From Acidobacteriota bacterium (lineage in GTDB: Bacteria > Acidobacteriota > UBA890 > WLXD01), in contig CBDBHB010000009.1 in the NCBI GenBank assembly GCA_965205505.1, forward strand, positions 1,600,001-1,664,000: a stretch of 64,000 bases of DNA. The letters are read 5' to 3'. The translations under genes were made by a program, and so were the position numbers. The notes beneath the pieces were generated by a model. It was given only the letters and a program-made list of their open reading frames with translations, made no database searches and was not told the DNA's origin. Positions 16,586-27,243 of this stretch are shown in pieces (position 1 is the stretch's first letter; each line of letters starts with the position of its first letter).

Positions 16586-18620
16586 CGGTAGTCGCGTCCT
16601 CGTCGTCGCGCGGCTTCAGTCGCACCGCCCAAAGGCCGGAGTTGTAGTCGGAGAAGAAGATGTTTCCCTTGTATGGTTGCGGGGCCCATGTGAACGGCGC
16701 GTTGGGCACGTGGCCCTCCGGGTCGAACGGCAAGAAGTAGGCGATCTCGCGCCCCTGCCGGTAGAGATCGCCGAGTAGCTCGCCCGATATGTCGACAACG
16801 CGGAGCCCGCCCTGATAGTAGGCCACGTAGAGGATCTCGTTCTCCTCATCGACCCAGAGGTTATGGGTGCCAGCCTCGGGTACCTCGTAACGGGCGACCT
16901 CCTCAGGGTTGTCCCAGTCGTCCCACTCGTAGATGTGGACCCAGCCCTGCATCCGCTGAGGCTCGCCTGCATAGCCCGGTGTGCCTCCACGCAGGCCCGC
17001 CTCGTCGCCGCCGATCATGTAGAAGCGGCCGGTGGACTCGGAGCGGAACGGGAACGCTGCGTGGTTCCAGCCGCTCGGATAGGGTGTGTTGCCAAGGAAC
17101 ACCGGGTTGTTCGGTGAGCCGCCCTTGCCGCCGCCGCCTACATCGACCGCTACTACACCGTCGATCCAGTTTGACGAGTAGGCGACGCCGTCGGTCACCC
17201 AGACGTCATGGATCGAGTGTCCGGGTGTGTCCATTTCGAAGGAGCTCACCCGGTGTGGCTTGGTCGGGTCCTCGATGCTGATGATGTCGTAGCGTTGGCC
17301 GGCGCTCAGCGCGTATACGTGGTCGTCGTAGACGAAGACGTTATGCACGCCCCCGGTCAACTGCTCGTCGTAGCGAGACAGCACCTGCGCACCCTGATCG
17401 TAAAGGTCCGATACGTCGAGGATGAGCAGGCCGTTGCGGCGGTTCGAGGCTCCCTCTCGGCTGATTACCGCGATGCGGCCGTCCTCCGACACCTTGACGT
17501 CGTTGACCGTGCGCGCATCGACCTTGATGGTGTCGATGAGCTGCATGTTGGCGGGCTCGGTAACGTCCCAGAAGTACGCATGTCCATCGGCGTTGTGGGT
17601 GCCGGTTATGGCGTAGTCACGTCCGTCCGGCCCCTCCCAGACCCAGAGGTCGGAGGTGGCTCGGTCGCTGACGCGCCCTTGTCCGAGGACCTCGATCTCG
17701 CGCCTGATATCGCGCGGCCTGATGGCGACCGTGACCGAGGCGGTGTGCGTGCCGCTGGCCGCGATGATGGTGTACTCGCCCGGCAGATCAGCCACGAAAC
17801 GGCCGTCCTGTGTGACCAGGCCGGAGCCCGGGTCGCCGATGCCGTACTCGACGCTTCGGGACTGGAAGGCGTACTGGACGGGCAACCCGGGGATGACGTT
17901 TCCGGCGCTGTCGCGCGGTAGCGCGGTGACGTGAATTACATCGCCTGTGCGCGCATCCAGTGCGCTTGCCTGCAGTTGCAACGATGCGGTGTTGTTCTCG
18001 TTCACCCGTGTCGCGAGGTCGGCGCTGACGTTGTCGGCAGCGACCGTAAAGGTCACGCTGCCCGGTGTCTTGAGCGTTACCGTACCCAGCGCGTTGATCT
18101 CGGCGATGCTCGGATCGCTGCTCGTGAAACGAAGTGCAACGTCGCTACGCTCGGCTCCGGAGGCGTCGGTGAGGCGCGTTTCCAGGCGTAACCGCGTCTG
18201 TGCGTAGAAGTTTTCAGGTGGCTCGACGAACTCCACTGTCGCAAGCGGTGGATTGGGAATCGTCACCCGAATCGTAGTGCGCACCGTGTCGGAGAGGTTT
18301 CGACGGCTGAACGCCACGCCCGGCTTCGGTACCAGGGCGACAACATCGAACGTGCCCGGGCGATAGGCCTCGAGCTCCCCGGTGCCACTCACGCCAAGGT
18401 TGCGGCGTGCCCTGGAGAAGTAGATGACCGCCGCTTCGAGGACGTTTCCATCCGCGTCCATCACCGTCGCCGAAAGCTGCATCTTCTGCCCCACCTCGAG
18501 GGTGAGGGACGATGGCTCCACGGCGATCTCGGTAGCCTCCGCCGGCTCCTGTGCAGGAATGCTCACGGGTAGGGCGGCGAGCGCCAGCAACAGCAAGGCC
18601 ATGGAGATCGGTCGTTTCAT
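16575..18620 (-). CDS. Secreted Ig-like (Big_2) plus LVIVD-repeat protein
   Basis: Signal peptide; FTSSDPSIAEI Ig repeats; GLLILDV, GVVAVDV and GLRVVDI blades with HN/HD motifs. Confidence 0.82.
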   Translation of the reverse strand: MKRPISMALLLLALAALPVSIPAQEPAEATEIAVEPSSLTLEVGQKMQLSATVMDADGNVLEAAVIYFSRARRNLGVSGTGELEAYRPGTFDVVALVPKPGVAFSRRNLSDTVRTTIRVTIPNPPLATVEFVEPPENFYAQTRLRLETRLTDASGAERSDVALRFTSSDPSIAEINALGTVTLKTPGSVTFTVAADNVSADLATRVNENNTASLQLQASALDARTGDVIHVTALPRDSAGNVIPGLPVQYAFQSRSVEYGIGDPGSGLVTQDGRFVADLPGEYTIIAASGTHTASVTVAIRPRDIRREIEVLGQGRVSDRATSDLWVWEGPDGRDYAITGTHNADGHAYFWDVTEPANMQLIDTIKVDARTVNDVKVSEDGRIAVISREGASNRRNGLLILDVSDLYDQGAQVLSRYDEQLTGGVHNVFVYDDHVYALSAGQRYDIISIEDPTKPHRVSSFEMDTPGHSIHDVWVTDGVAYSSNWIDGVVAVDVGGGGKGGSPNNPVFLGNTPYPSGWNHAAFPFRSESTGRFYMIGGDEAGLRGGTPGYAGEPQRMQGWVHIYEWDDWDNPEEVARYEVPEAGTHNLWVDEENEILYVAYYQGGLRVVDISGELLGDLYRQGREIAYFLPFDPEGHVPNAPFTWAPQPYKGNIFFSDYNSGLWAVRLKPRDDEDATTGGR

Positions 18621-18867
18621 TGTTTACCTCTGAGGGTGCGAGAATCGCCGAGCGAAGCGTTGGCCGCGCAACGACATCGGAACGACAGTGAGAATGGCGC
18701 TGTGAAGCGCCCGCATGGAACAACAGTGTAGAAGCTTAAGCTTGCCACCGGCGGGGGACGGGCTCAACGGCCGCCGGCGGTCGCGTTCCCCCACGTCGGC
18801 ATCCCCGATGACATGTGATAGATAGAGACCTGTCAGTCTCGATCGCATGCATCTTGCCGGAGATCCG

Positions 18868-19251
18868 ATGCCGACCCACATAACGGCGCCCAGCCGCCCG
18901 CCGGCGGCAGGCAACTCTCCGAAGGTAATCGAGGAGTACGTTGGCCGCATGAACACCGGCTCGGAGCAGGTGAGTATTGCCCACATGCACAGCCCTGGCG
19001 GCTGGCAAGAGCCAGGTCAGGCGCCGGAGTTCGATGAGTACACGCTCGTGCTGGCGGGGACGTTGCACGTCGAGCATGCTGACGGCAGCTTCGACGTCAC
19101 CGTCGGGCAAGCGGTCCACGCGCGCAAGGGAGAATGGGTACGCTACAGTACGCTCGGTGCTGACGGGGCCGAGTATGTGGCGATTTGCACGCCGGCCTTC
19201 TCGCCGCATACCGTGCATCGGGACGACCGAGCCCCAAACCATTCCACATGA
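18868..19251 (+). CDS. Cupin-domain protein
   Basis: PKVIEEYVGR, GWQEPGQAPEFDEYTLVLAG and WVRYST motifs. Confidence 0.88.
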   Translation: MPTHITAPSRPPAAGNSPKVIEEYVGRMNTGSEQVSIAHMHSPGGWQEPGQAPEFDEYTLVLAGTLHVEHADGSFDVTVGQAVHARKGEWVRYSTLGADGAEYVAICTPAFSPHTVHRDDRAPNHST

Positions 19252-19601
19252 TTCCAGCAGCGATCAAGCCGACTGTTTCCTTTGCCGACTTCGAGAAGCT
19301 GGACGTGCGCGTCGGAACCATCGTGATGGTCGAGGAGGTTGCGGGAGCCGACAAGCTCATGAAGCTCACCGTCGATCTCGGCGACATGACGCGCACGGTG
19401 CTGGCCGGGATCAAGGGCGAGCGTGATGATCCGCTGCAGATCGAGGGCAGGCAGGCACTCTTCGTCGTCAACCTGGAGCCGCGGCGCATGATGGGGCAGG
19501 TTTCCGAGGGCATGCTGTTCGATCTCGGCTATGCCGACGGCATCACGCCGTGTTTGGCAATCCCGGAACATCCGGTTCCGAATGGAACGAGGGCAGGATG
19601 A
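19248..19601 (+). CDS. tRNA-binding OB-fold protein (CsaA/Trbp111-like)
   Basis: DFEKLDVRVGTI...ADKLMKL...VNLEPRRMMGQVSEGM. Confidence 0.88.
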   Translation: MIPAAIKPTVSFADFEKLDVRVGTIVMVEEVAGADKLMKLTVDLGDMTRTVLAGIKGERDDPLQIEGRQALFVVNLEPRRMMGQVSEGMLFDLGYADGITPCLAIPEHPVPNGTRAG

Positions 19602-20809
19602 TTCGGCGAGAGTGGTTCAACGGAGGGTTCTGGCGCACCTTGCCGTTGGCGTTGATGGTCTTGATGGCGGGGTTGGCGGCGTCTGCCTGCATGGAAGACG
19701 AGATGCTCGATCCCGAGCTCCTGGAGGATCCCAACGAAGCGGTTATCTACTTTCCGGGTCGCGGCGACGTGTGGGAGGAGCGCGAGCCGGCCGAGGCCGG
19801 CTTCAGCCCCTTGTTGTTGGAGGAGGCCATCGACTACGCCGTAATGAACGAGACCGACATACCCACCGATCTGCGAGAGTACCTCGAGAGCCGTTCCGAG
19901 GGGCGCGATGATCAGGAGATCACCGGTTCGGTGAAGGATCGCGGCTCGATGAACGGCCTCGTGTTGCATCGCGGCTATGTCGTCGCGGAGTGGGGCGACA
20001 CGAGCCGCGTTGACATGGCGTTCAGCATCACCAAAAGCTTCTTGTCGACGGTCGTCGGGTTGGCCGCCGACCGTGGTCTGATTCCTGATCTGGAGGGCCG
20101 GGTCGCGGACACGGTCGACGACGGCGGCTACGACTCGGAGCAGAATGCGCCGATAACCTGGCGGCACTCGCTGCGTCAGACAAGCGAGTGGGAGGGCGTG
20201 CTGTGGGACAAGGCCGATACGGCGGACCGACGCGAGGGCGTTGACCGCCAGCTGCAGATACCCGGTACGTTCTGGGAATACAACGACGTACGAGTAAATC
20301 GTACGGCGCTGTCGGCAGCGCGGGTTTGGCAACGGTCGCTTCCCGACGTGCTCGATCGCGAGATCATGACGCCGATTGGCAGCAGCCGATCGTGGCGCTG
20401 GCACGGCTATCGCAACTCGATCGTCGAGATCGGAGGTGCGGAAGTCGAGTCAGTAAGCGGCGGCGGCCACTGGGGTGGTGGCCTGTGGATCTCCAGTCGT
20501 GATCTGGCGCGGTTCGGGCTTCTCTATTTGCGCCGCGGCGTGTGGCGAGAGGAGCAGCTGCTGTCGGAAGAGTGGATCGACGACGCCACCACTCCCGGCG
20601 AGCTGAACCTGACATACGGCCACATGTGGTGGCTCAATACCGATGGCGAGCTATGGCCAAGCGCGTCGGAGGAGTCGTTTGGGGCTCGAGGTGGCGGTGC
20701 CAACCTGCTGTGGATCGACCCCGCGCTTGATCTCGTGGTGGTCGTCCGATGGATCCAGCCAGGTACGGAGGACGGCTTTCTCGAGAAAGTTATCGCCGCG
20801 GCCGGTTGA
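19598..20809 (+). CDS. Serine hydrolase (beta-lactamase family) lipoprotein
   Basis: SITK (SxxK), WEYND, LARFG and YGHMWW motifs; lipobox ASAC. Confidence 0.88.
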   Translation: MIRREWFNGGFWRTLPLALMVLMAGLAASACMEDEMLDPELLEDPNEAVIYFPGRGDVWEEREPAEAGFSPLLLEEAIDYAVMNETDIPTDLREYLESRSEGRDDQEITGSVKDRGSMNGLVLHRGYVVAEWGDTSRVDMAFSITKSFLSTVVGLAADRGLIPDLEGRVADTVDDGGYDSEQNAPITWRHSLRQTSEWEGVLWDKADTADRREGVDRQLQIPGTFWEYNDVRVNRTALSAARVWQRSLPDVLDREIMTPIGSSRSWRWHGYRNSIVEIGGAEVESVSGGGHWGGGLWISSRDLARFGLLYLRRGVWREEQLLSEEWIDDATTPGELNLTYGHMWWLNTDGELWPSASEESFGARGGGANLLWIDPALDLVVVVRWIQPGTEDGFLEKVIAAAG

Positions 20810-20831
20810 TTTGCCTGAGACGCGCCGGGCG

Positions 20832-21533
20832 ATGGTGGTACTGCGCGATCTGGTAAAGGAATACGGCGAAGCCGATGTCGTGCACCGGATTCTCGACGGC
20901 GTCAGCACCAGCATCGGACGCGGTGAGTTCGTCGTGGTATTGGGACGCAGCGGCTCGGGAAAGTCGACCCTGCTGAATCTGATCGCCGGACTGGACCAGC
21001 CGACAGGGGGCGAGGTGCATGTCGGCGATGCTCGCATCGATGCGCTTAGCGAGCGCGACCGCACGCTGTTTCGCCGTCGCTGCATCGGTTTCGTGTTCCA
21101 GTTCTTCAACCTGCTACCGACGCTGACAGTCCAGGAGAACGTTCTCCTGCCGCTCGAACTATGCGGCACGCTGAACACTCGCACAGGTTTGGCCGCCAAC
21201 CAGCTGCTCGCCGACATCGGCCTGGCTGACCGCGTGAACAGCTTCCCTGACCGGCTATCCGGCGGCGAACAGCAGCGACTCGCGATAGCTCGGGCGCTGG
21301 TGCACGAGCCGGAGCTGCTGCTGGCGGATGAGCCCACAGGCAACCTCGACATTGAAACCGGGGAGGAGGTTCTCAGTCTCCTCGACCGACTCGTGCGGCA
21401 GCGGGGCCGCACGCTGATCATGGCGACGCACAGTCACGAGATCGCCGCGACCGCCGATCGCGTGCTGCAGATCCGTGACGGCCAGTTGCAGGAGTCGGTA
21501 GCTCGGCGCCAGGGAGAGTCGCTGAGGAGATGA
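20832..21533 (+). CDS. ABC transporter ATP-binding protein (LolD/AttE-like)
   Basis: [17 protein letters not shown] and ADEPTGNLD motifs. Confidence 0.95.
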   Translation: MVVLRDLVKEYGEADVVHRILDGVSTSIGRGEFVVVLGRSGSGKSTLLNLIAGLDQPTGGEVHVGDARIDALSERDRTLFRRRCIGFVFQFFNLLPTLTVQENVLLPLELCGTLNTRTGLAANQLLADIGLADRVNSFPDRLSGGEQQRLAIARALVHEPELLLADEPTGNLDIETGEEVLSLLDRLVRQRGRTLIMATHSHEIAATADRVLQIRDGQLQESVARRQGESLRR

Positions 21534-24103
21534 CGGCCTCGGCTCGCCTGCTTCGACGCAGCAGCTACCGCTACCTTCAGAAACATCCCTGGCAGCTGGT
21601 GCTTTCGGTGCTCGGTGTAGCGCTGGGCGTCGCGGTTGCGGTCTCCGTCGACCTCGCTACGGGGTCGGCGCAACGCGCCTTCGAGCTGTCGACGGAGGCT
21701 CTAACCGGAACTACAACGCACCAAGTGGTCGCGGGTAGCGGCGGGCTCGACGAGGCTACCTACCGGCGCATACGCGTTGACCTGGACATCCGGACCGCCG
21801 CACCCGTCGTCACGGGCTACGTCGCCCTGGCAAGCGACCCTACTCAGGTACTGCGCTTGCTAGGAGTCGATCCGCTGGCCGAGAGGGCGGTGCGTACCTA
21901 CCTTGCCGCGAGCCTGGCAGATGCGCAGGCCCCTGACGAGTCCACCTCCTTGCCCCTTGGGGAGCTGATTGGCAGGCCGGGCGCAACGGCAGTTACGGCG
22001 CAAACTGCGGAAGCTCTCGGCTTGGCACCTGGTGCGCGGCTCGAGGTGCTCGTGGACGGCCGCAAAGAGCAGCTGTCGGTGGTGGCGGTAATGGGTACCG
22101 ACCGCACGGTGAATCGTGCTGGTCTACGCGACGTGCTTGTGGTCGACGTTTCCACCGCCCAGGAGGTTCTGGGCATGACAGGTCGGCTGACACACATTGA
22201 CCTACGGCTCGAGCGCGCTGACGTTGCGGCTGCTCTCGAGCGCATCGAGCCGGTGCTCTCGCCGAGGGCGCAGATCATCGCCGCTGGTGCTCGCACCGAG
22301 ACCACACTGCAGATGACGCGCGCGTTTCGCACCAACCTGCGCGCCATGAGCCTGCTGGCGATGGTCTGCGGCATGTTCCTCATCTACAACACGATGACGT
22401 TCTCCGTGGTGCAGCGGCGGTCGCTCATCGGTACCCTGCGCTCCCTCGGCGTGACGCGTGCCGAGATTTTTCGGCTGGTGATCGGCGAGGCCATGGTTGT
22501 CGGCGTGGTGGGCACCCTGGTGGGGTTGACCGCGGGCGTCGGTCTGGGACGTTTCCTCGTGGACCTAGTGACGCGTACGGTCAACGATCTCTACTTCGTG
22601 GTGACGGTCCGCGAGCTGGCGGTGTCCCCGGTGAGCATCGCGGTGGGCGCGCTGCTGGGGCTCGGCACGACGGTCGTGGCCGCACTCGTGCCGGCCCATG
22701 AGGCAACCCGAACGGCACCTCGTAAGGCGCTGGCGCGCTCGGAGATCGAGATTCGAACGCGCGCGTTGACTCCGAGGCTGGCAGCAGTGGCGACGTTACT
22801 GGGGGTGCTGGGGGCGGCCGCCATCGCCTTTCCGTCGGCGAGCCTGGTAGCCGCGTTTGCCGGACTGTTCGCCCTTCTCCTCGGCGCCGCGTTGCTGACC
22901 CCACTGGCCACGCGCGCCATGGCTGACCTGTTGCGTCGCCTGGTGCTCCGCCGCCTCGGGCCGGTGGGCACCCTGTCGTCGCGCGGCGTTGCCGCAGGGC
23001 TCAGCCGCACGGCGGTCGCGGTGGCGGCGTTGATGATCGCAGTGTCCGTAGTTATCGGCGTCGGGGTGATGGTGGCGAGCTTCCGGCTCACGTTGGTTCG
23101 CTGGCTCGACTACACACTGCAGGCGGATCTCTATGTGTCGTCGGCCTCGGCGCGTCGTTCAGCGGCGGATCTGGTGTTGGACGAGTCGGTGCGGACAACG
23201 CTCGAAGCGCACTCCGCGATCGTCAGGCTCGGTACCATCCGTATGGTGACGCTGCCGGCGGGGAACGCCGAGATCGCTCTGATCGCCATCGAGGATGGGG
23301 TCGACGATGGGTCGGCTTATCGACTGAAGGCGGGCGATTCGGACGCCTGGCAGACGTTCGTCGATGGAGACGTGCTGGTGTCCGAGCCCTACGCTTCTCG
23401 TCACGGCACCGAAGTAGGCGACGAGTTGGTCCTGCGCACCGAGCGCGGCGACCGCGCCTTCCGCGTCGCCGGCATCTACTACAGCTATGCCAGCGATCGG
23501 GGTGCCGTGTTGATGCATCGCGGTACCTACGATCGGTGGTGGTCCGATCGCGGCATCAGCGGGCTATCGATAACCGCGCAGCCGGGAGCGGCGCTCGACG
23601 CCTTGGCGGTAGATGTGCGCAACGCCTTTCCGCAGCAGCGGGTTGTCGTCACGACGAATCGGCTGCTGCGGGAGCGTTCGTTGCGCATATTCGATCGCAC
23701 GTTCCTGATCACCGGCGTGCTGCGGACACTGGTGATGATTGTTGCGTTCATCGGCGTGTTCAGTGCCCTCATGGCGATCCACCTCGAGAACACCCGGGAG
23801 TACGGCGTTCTGCGGGCCACCGGTCTTACACCGGCGCAGCTCTGGGCAATGATAACGTCGCAGACGGGTCTGATCGGCTTCATTGCGGGCGTCCTGGCGG
23901 TGCCGCTGGGCCTCGGCCTCGCCTGGGTCATGATCCACGTCATCAACAAGCGCTCGTTCGGCTGGACGCTACAGATGCATGTGCCGGTGGACATTCTGCT
24001 GCAGGCGATCGCACTGGCGATGATCGCGGCGCTGCTGGCCGGACTGTATCCAGCAGCTCGGATCGCGCAATTGCCTCCGGTGGCAGCGTTGCGCGAGGAA
24101 TAA
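21530..24103 (+). CDS. FtsX-like ABC permease (AttF/G-like)
   Basis: Two FtsX repeats (IGTLRSLG, YGVLRATG) and INKRSFGWT. Confidence 0.92.
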   Translation: MTASARLLRRSSYRYLQKHPWQLVLSVLGVALGVAVAVSVDLATGSAQRAFELSTEALTGTTTHQVVAGSGGLDEATYRRIRVDLDIRTAAPVVTGYVALASDPTQVLRLLGVDPLAERAVRTYLAASLADAQAPDESTSLPLGELIGRPGATAVTAQTAEALGLAPGARLEVLVDGRKEQLSVVAVMGTDRTVNRAGLRDVLVVDVSTAQEVLGMTGRLTHIDLRLERADVAAALERIEPVLSPRAQIIAAGARTETTLQMTRAFRTNLRAMSLLAMVCGMFLIYNTMTFSVVQRRSLIGTLRSLGVTRAEIFRLVIGEAMVVGVVGTLVGLTAGVGLGRFLVDLVTRTVNDLYFVVTVRELAVSPVSIAVGALLGLGTTVVAALVPAHEATRTAPRKALARSEIEIRTRALTPRLAAVATLLGVLGAAAIAFPSASLVAAFAGLFALLLGAALLTPLATRAMADLLRRLVLRRLGPVGTLSSRGVAAGLSRTAVAVAALMIAVSVVIGVGVMVASFRLTLVRWLDYTLQADLYVSSASARRSAADLVLDESVRTTLEAHSAIVRLGTIRMVTLPAGNAEIALIAIEDGVDDGSAYRLKAGDSDAWQTFVDGDVLVSEPYASRHGTEVGDELVLRTERGDRAFRVAGIYYSYASDRGAVLMHRGTYDRWWSDRGISGLSITAQPGAALDALAVDVRNAFPQQRVVVTTNRLLRERSLRIFDRTFLITGVLRTLVMIVAFIGVFSALMAIHLENTREYGVLRATGLTPAQLWAMITSQTGLIGFIAGVLAVPLGLGLAWVMIHVINKRSFGWTLQMHVPVDILLQAIALAMIAALLAGLYPAARIAQLPPVAALREE

Positions 24104-24105
24104 CC

Positions 24106-25263
24106 GTGCGACGCCATCCCACGCGAGCCCTGGCAAGCCTCTTGATCCTGACGATCGGCTGCACTCGAGGCTCAGCACTGGCACCGCCGCGTGCCGGGCT
24201 TTCGGTGACGTCGGTGCTCGGTGGCGAGACGCTGGGCTTCGCTCGGGCAGAAAGGCCCAGAGAGTTCGTCTTTCCACAGGATCACGCCGAGCACTCTGAC
24301 TTCCGCAACGAGTGGTGGTACCTCACCGGGCATCTCACCGACGATGATGGCGACGATTTTGGCTACCAGCTGACCTTCTTCCGCACCGCGCTCACGGCCG
24401 CAGCACCGCAACGAGAGTCGGCGTGGGCGGCCCAGAACCTGTACATGGGGCACTTCGCGCTGAGCGACGTGGCAGCCCAGGAGTTTCATTTGGCCGAGCG
24501 GTTCGCGCGCGGTGCCCTCGGGCTTGCCGGCACGACCGTCGACCCCTTGTCGGTTTGGCTCGAAGGCTGGCGCATGGAGGCCGTGCCTGCGGAGCCGGGC
24601 TCGACACCAGGGGATCTTCCGGAGCTCCGGCTGCTGGCCGCCGAAGACGGCTTTGCTGTGGATCTGCGCCTGCAGCCGCGCAGGCCGGTCGTTGCGCAAG
24701 GCGACAGCGGCCTCAGCCGCAAGGGGGCGAGTCCCGGCAACGCCTCGCACTATTACAGCGTCACCCGGTTGCAGACAGCCGGCGTGGTCCGCGTTGGTGG
24801 GGTGTTCCACGAGGTCACCGGGTCGAGCTGGTTCGACCGTGAGTGGAGCACCAGCGCCCTCGAGCCCGACCAGGTCGGCTGGGATTGGTTCTCTCTTCAA
24901 CTGTCAGACGGTCGTGACCTGATGCTGTACCTGATGCGTCGCGCCGACCGCACCAACGATCCGGTGAGCAGCGGCACGGTGATCGAGTCCGACGGCTCCT
25001 CGATTCATCTGCGGAAAGCCGACTTCGACGTGCAGGTACTCGATCGGTGGCGAAGTCGTGCGGGTGTGGTGTATCCGTCGCGATGGCGGATTCGGGTGCC
25101 GAGCATCGAGCTCGATCTCGAGGTGGAGCCGATGCTTGCCGATCAGGAGTTCGCGGCCACATTTCGCTACTGGGAGGGCATGGTGCACGCCGAGGGCAGA
25201 GCAGCCGGCGAAGCCATCAGCGCCCGCGGCTTCGTCGAGTTGACGGGCTACACGGTCAACTGA
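24106..25263 (+). CDS. Lipocalin-like/CrtC-family (AttH-like) protein
   Basis: FPQDH...EWWYLTG, YYSVTRL, WFDREWS, GWDWFSLQL, YWEG and GFVELTGY motifs. Confidence 0.9.
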   Translation: MRRHPTRALASLLILTIGCTRGSALAPPRAGLSVTSVLGGETLGFARAERPREFVFPQDHAEHSDFRNEWWYLTGHLTDDDGDDFGYQLTFFRTALTAAAPQRESAWAAQNLYMGHFALSDVAAQEFHLAERFARGALGLAGTTVDPLSVWLEGWRMEAVPAEPGSTPGDLPELRLLAAEDGFAVDLRLQPRRPVVAQGDSGLSRKGASPGNASHYYSVTRLQTAGVVRVGGVFHEVTGSSWFDREWSTSALEPDQVGWDWFSLQLSDGRDLMLYLMRRADRTNDPVSSGTVIESDGSSIHLRKADFDVQVLDRWRSRAGVVYPSRWRIRVPSIELDLEVEPMLADQEFAATFRYWEGMVHAEGRAAGEAISARGFVELTGYTVN

Positions 25264-25278
25264 CGCCGGACACGCAGC

Positions 25279-25638
25279 TCAGCCAGCCTGGAGGATCTCG
25301 ATGTCGTAGCCGTCGGGATCCTTCACGAAGATATAGCGTCCTGGATCGGGCTGGGAGCGGCGGTGCCACCAGCCTCGTGCCTCCACATCGCAAACCACCA
25401 CCTCCAGGTCGTCGGCAGTGAACGCCAGATGCCCGAACTGGTTGCCGGGTTCGTAGTCGCGCCCGTCATGGTTGTAGGTGAGCTCGATGTAGTGGTGTTC
25501 CTCTGCGTCTGCCAGGAACACCAGCGTGGCGTCGTTGAGCTCGGACCGCCGCACCTCGCGTAGGCCGAGGAAGCCGCTGTAGAACTCGATCGACGCCTCC
25601 ACGTCCCGGACCCGAATCATGGTGTGCGCGAGTTTCAT
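25279..25638 (-). CDS. gloA: Lactoylglutathione lyase (VOC family)
   Basis: HTMIRV, IELTYNH, FGHLAF and FVKDPDGYDIE motifs. Confidence 0.85.
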   Translation of the reverse strand: MKLAHTMIRVRDVEASIEFYSGFLGLREVRRSELNDATLVFLADAEEHHYIELTYNHDGRDYEPGNQFGHLAFTADDLEVVVCDVEARGWWHRRSQPDPGRYIFVKDPDGYDIEILQAG

Positions 25639-25726
25639 GCTTCCTCCGCTATAGGGTGGCCACCACGGTCTGCTAGGGCTTCTGGAGGCAGTCTACCGTT
25701 TCGTCGTCCTCGTCTATGATGCCGCC

Positions 25727-26944
25727 ATGGCGGAGCGGTGGCGAGTCTTGTGGTGGCTTTCGCTGGCGGAGCTGCTGGCGATGTCGTTATGGATGTCGGC
25801 GTCAGCCGTGGTCCCGGCGCTCACCACCGAGTGGGGTCTCGATGCGGGCGAGCGCGCATGGCTGACGGTGAGCGTACAGCTCGGATTCGTGGTCGGTGCT
25901 TTGGCCCTGGCGATCACCAACGCTGCCGACCTCGTCGCTGCGCATCGCTTGTTCCAGCTCGGCGCGGTGCTTGGAGCGTCGCTGAATGCGGCCATCCCGC
26001 TGATCGAGCAGGGATTGCTAGCCGTGTTGATATTGCGGGGCGCCACCGGCGCCTGCCTCGCCGGCGTATACCCGCCGGCGATGAAGCTCATGGCGAGCTG
26101 GTTCGAGCGCGGGCGCGGCCTGGCGATCGGTGCTCTGGTGGGTGCCACAACCATCGGCACCGCCTTGCCTCACCTGTTCGGTGTGTTGCCGCTTGCGACA
26201 TCACCCGACGGCTTGCCTTCGTGGCGCGTGGTCATGCTCTCGGCGTCGGCGGCGGCGTTGATTTCGGTGGTGGTCATCGGCTGGACGGTACGCCCGGGCC
26301 CACACCTGCCGGCGGCCACTCGCTTCAGGTGGCGCCAAGCAGCGCGCAGCCTACGCGACCCGGCGAGCCGCCGCGCCAACTTCGGGTACCTGGGACACAT
26401 GTGGGAGCTGTATGCGATGTGGGCTTGGGCACCCATCCTGCTGCTCGAGAGCTACCGCGCGGCCGGCTATGGCGAGGCCGCGGCACATATTGCCGGTTTC
26501 GCCACCATCGCTGTCGGCGGCGTGGGATCGTTGGTTGCGGGGGCGCTCGCCGACCGTATCGGCCGCACCACCACTACCAGCATCGCGATGGGGGTGTCGG
26601 GGGCCTGCGCCCTGCTGGTGGGCTGGCTCGGACCCTGGCCACTGCTGCTGACTGTCGTATGCCTGATATGGGGCCTCACGGTGGTTGCTGACAGCGCCCA
26701 GTTCAGCGCCGCGGTCAGCGAGTTGGGTGATCCGGCCTACGTCGGCACGGCGCTCACGATGCAAACCGCTATGGGGTTCCTGCTCACGACGGTCACCGTT
26801 CGCCTGGTGCCGTCGATGGTCGACTCGTTCGGGTGGGGCGTGGCGTTCGGAGCTCTGGCGGTCGGTCCGATCTTCGGCATTGCCAACATGGTGGCGCTGC
26901 GGAGAATGCCGGAGGCGCGGCGACTCGCCGGCGGGAAGAGATAG
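25727..26944 (+). CDS. MFS transporter
   Basis: About 12 TMs; GVYPPAMK, GYLGHMWELYAMWAW and ADSAQFS motifs. Confidence 0.92.
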   Translation: MAERWRVLWWLSLAELLAMSLWMSASAVVPALTTEWGLDAGERAWLTVSVQLGFVVGALALAITNAADLVAAHRLFQLGAVLGASLNAAIPLIEQGLLAVLILRGATGACLAGVYPPAMKLMASWFERGRGLAIGALVGATTIGTALPHLFGVLPLATSPDGLPSWRVVMLSASAAALISVVVIGWTVRPGPHLPAATRFRWRQAARSLRDPASRRANFGYLGHMWELYAMWAWAPILLLESYRAAGYGEAAAHIAGFATIAVGGVGSLVAGALADRIGRTTTTSIAMGVSGACALLVGWLGPWPLLLTVVCLIWGLTVVADSAQFSAAVSELGDPAYVGTALTMQTAMGFLLTTVTVRLVPSMVDSFGWGVAFGALAVGPIFGIANMVALRRMPEARRLAGGKR

Positions 26945-27024
26945 CGTCGCGGAGTCGTCACGCCGGTTTAACTATCGATGTGATTTAGAAGGCAAACGCG
27001 ATCACCGTAGGCCATCTACGGCCA

Positions 27025-27142
27025 AGATTTGTTATGTTTAGATAAGTTTTTGTTCTTTTTACTTATTCATGATATGAAATAGTGATTAAATAAGCGTAAT
27101 AACATGAATTTCATAGTTTAAGTGATTAATACTATCTATTGG
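27025..27142. promoter_or_regulatory. Strongly AT-rich intergenic/promoter region
   Basis: ~120 bp dominated by A/T within a GC-rich context, upstream of the GGDEF-EAL gene. Confidence 0.5.
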
Positions 27143-27243
27143 ATTCGTCATGACCGACTCCGATTGCCGCTGCCCAACAGCGCTGCTGGTCGTCGTCGAC
27201 GCGCCGATGCGCGCGCTCGCGGTGGCGGCCACCACGCCACCGT

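Noticed and set aside
23536-24105. Long N-terminal extensions in track ORFs (23536, 35556, 32482-34008, 48701-49930, 14059-15354)
   Set aside because: They overlap neighbouring real genes or lack family similarity; downstream starts with signal peptides or coupled overlaps fit better.
24106-25263. Carotenoid biosynthesis (crtC) call
   Set aside because: The context is the AttEFGH-type ABC operon with no crt genes; fold similarity does not imply that pathway.
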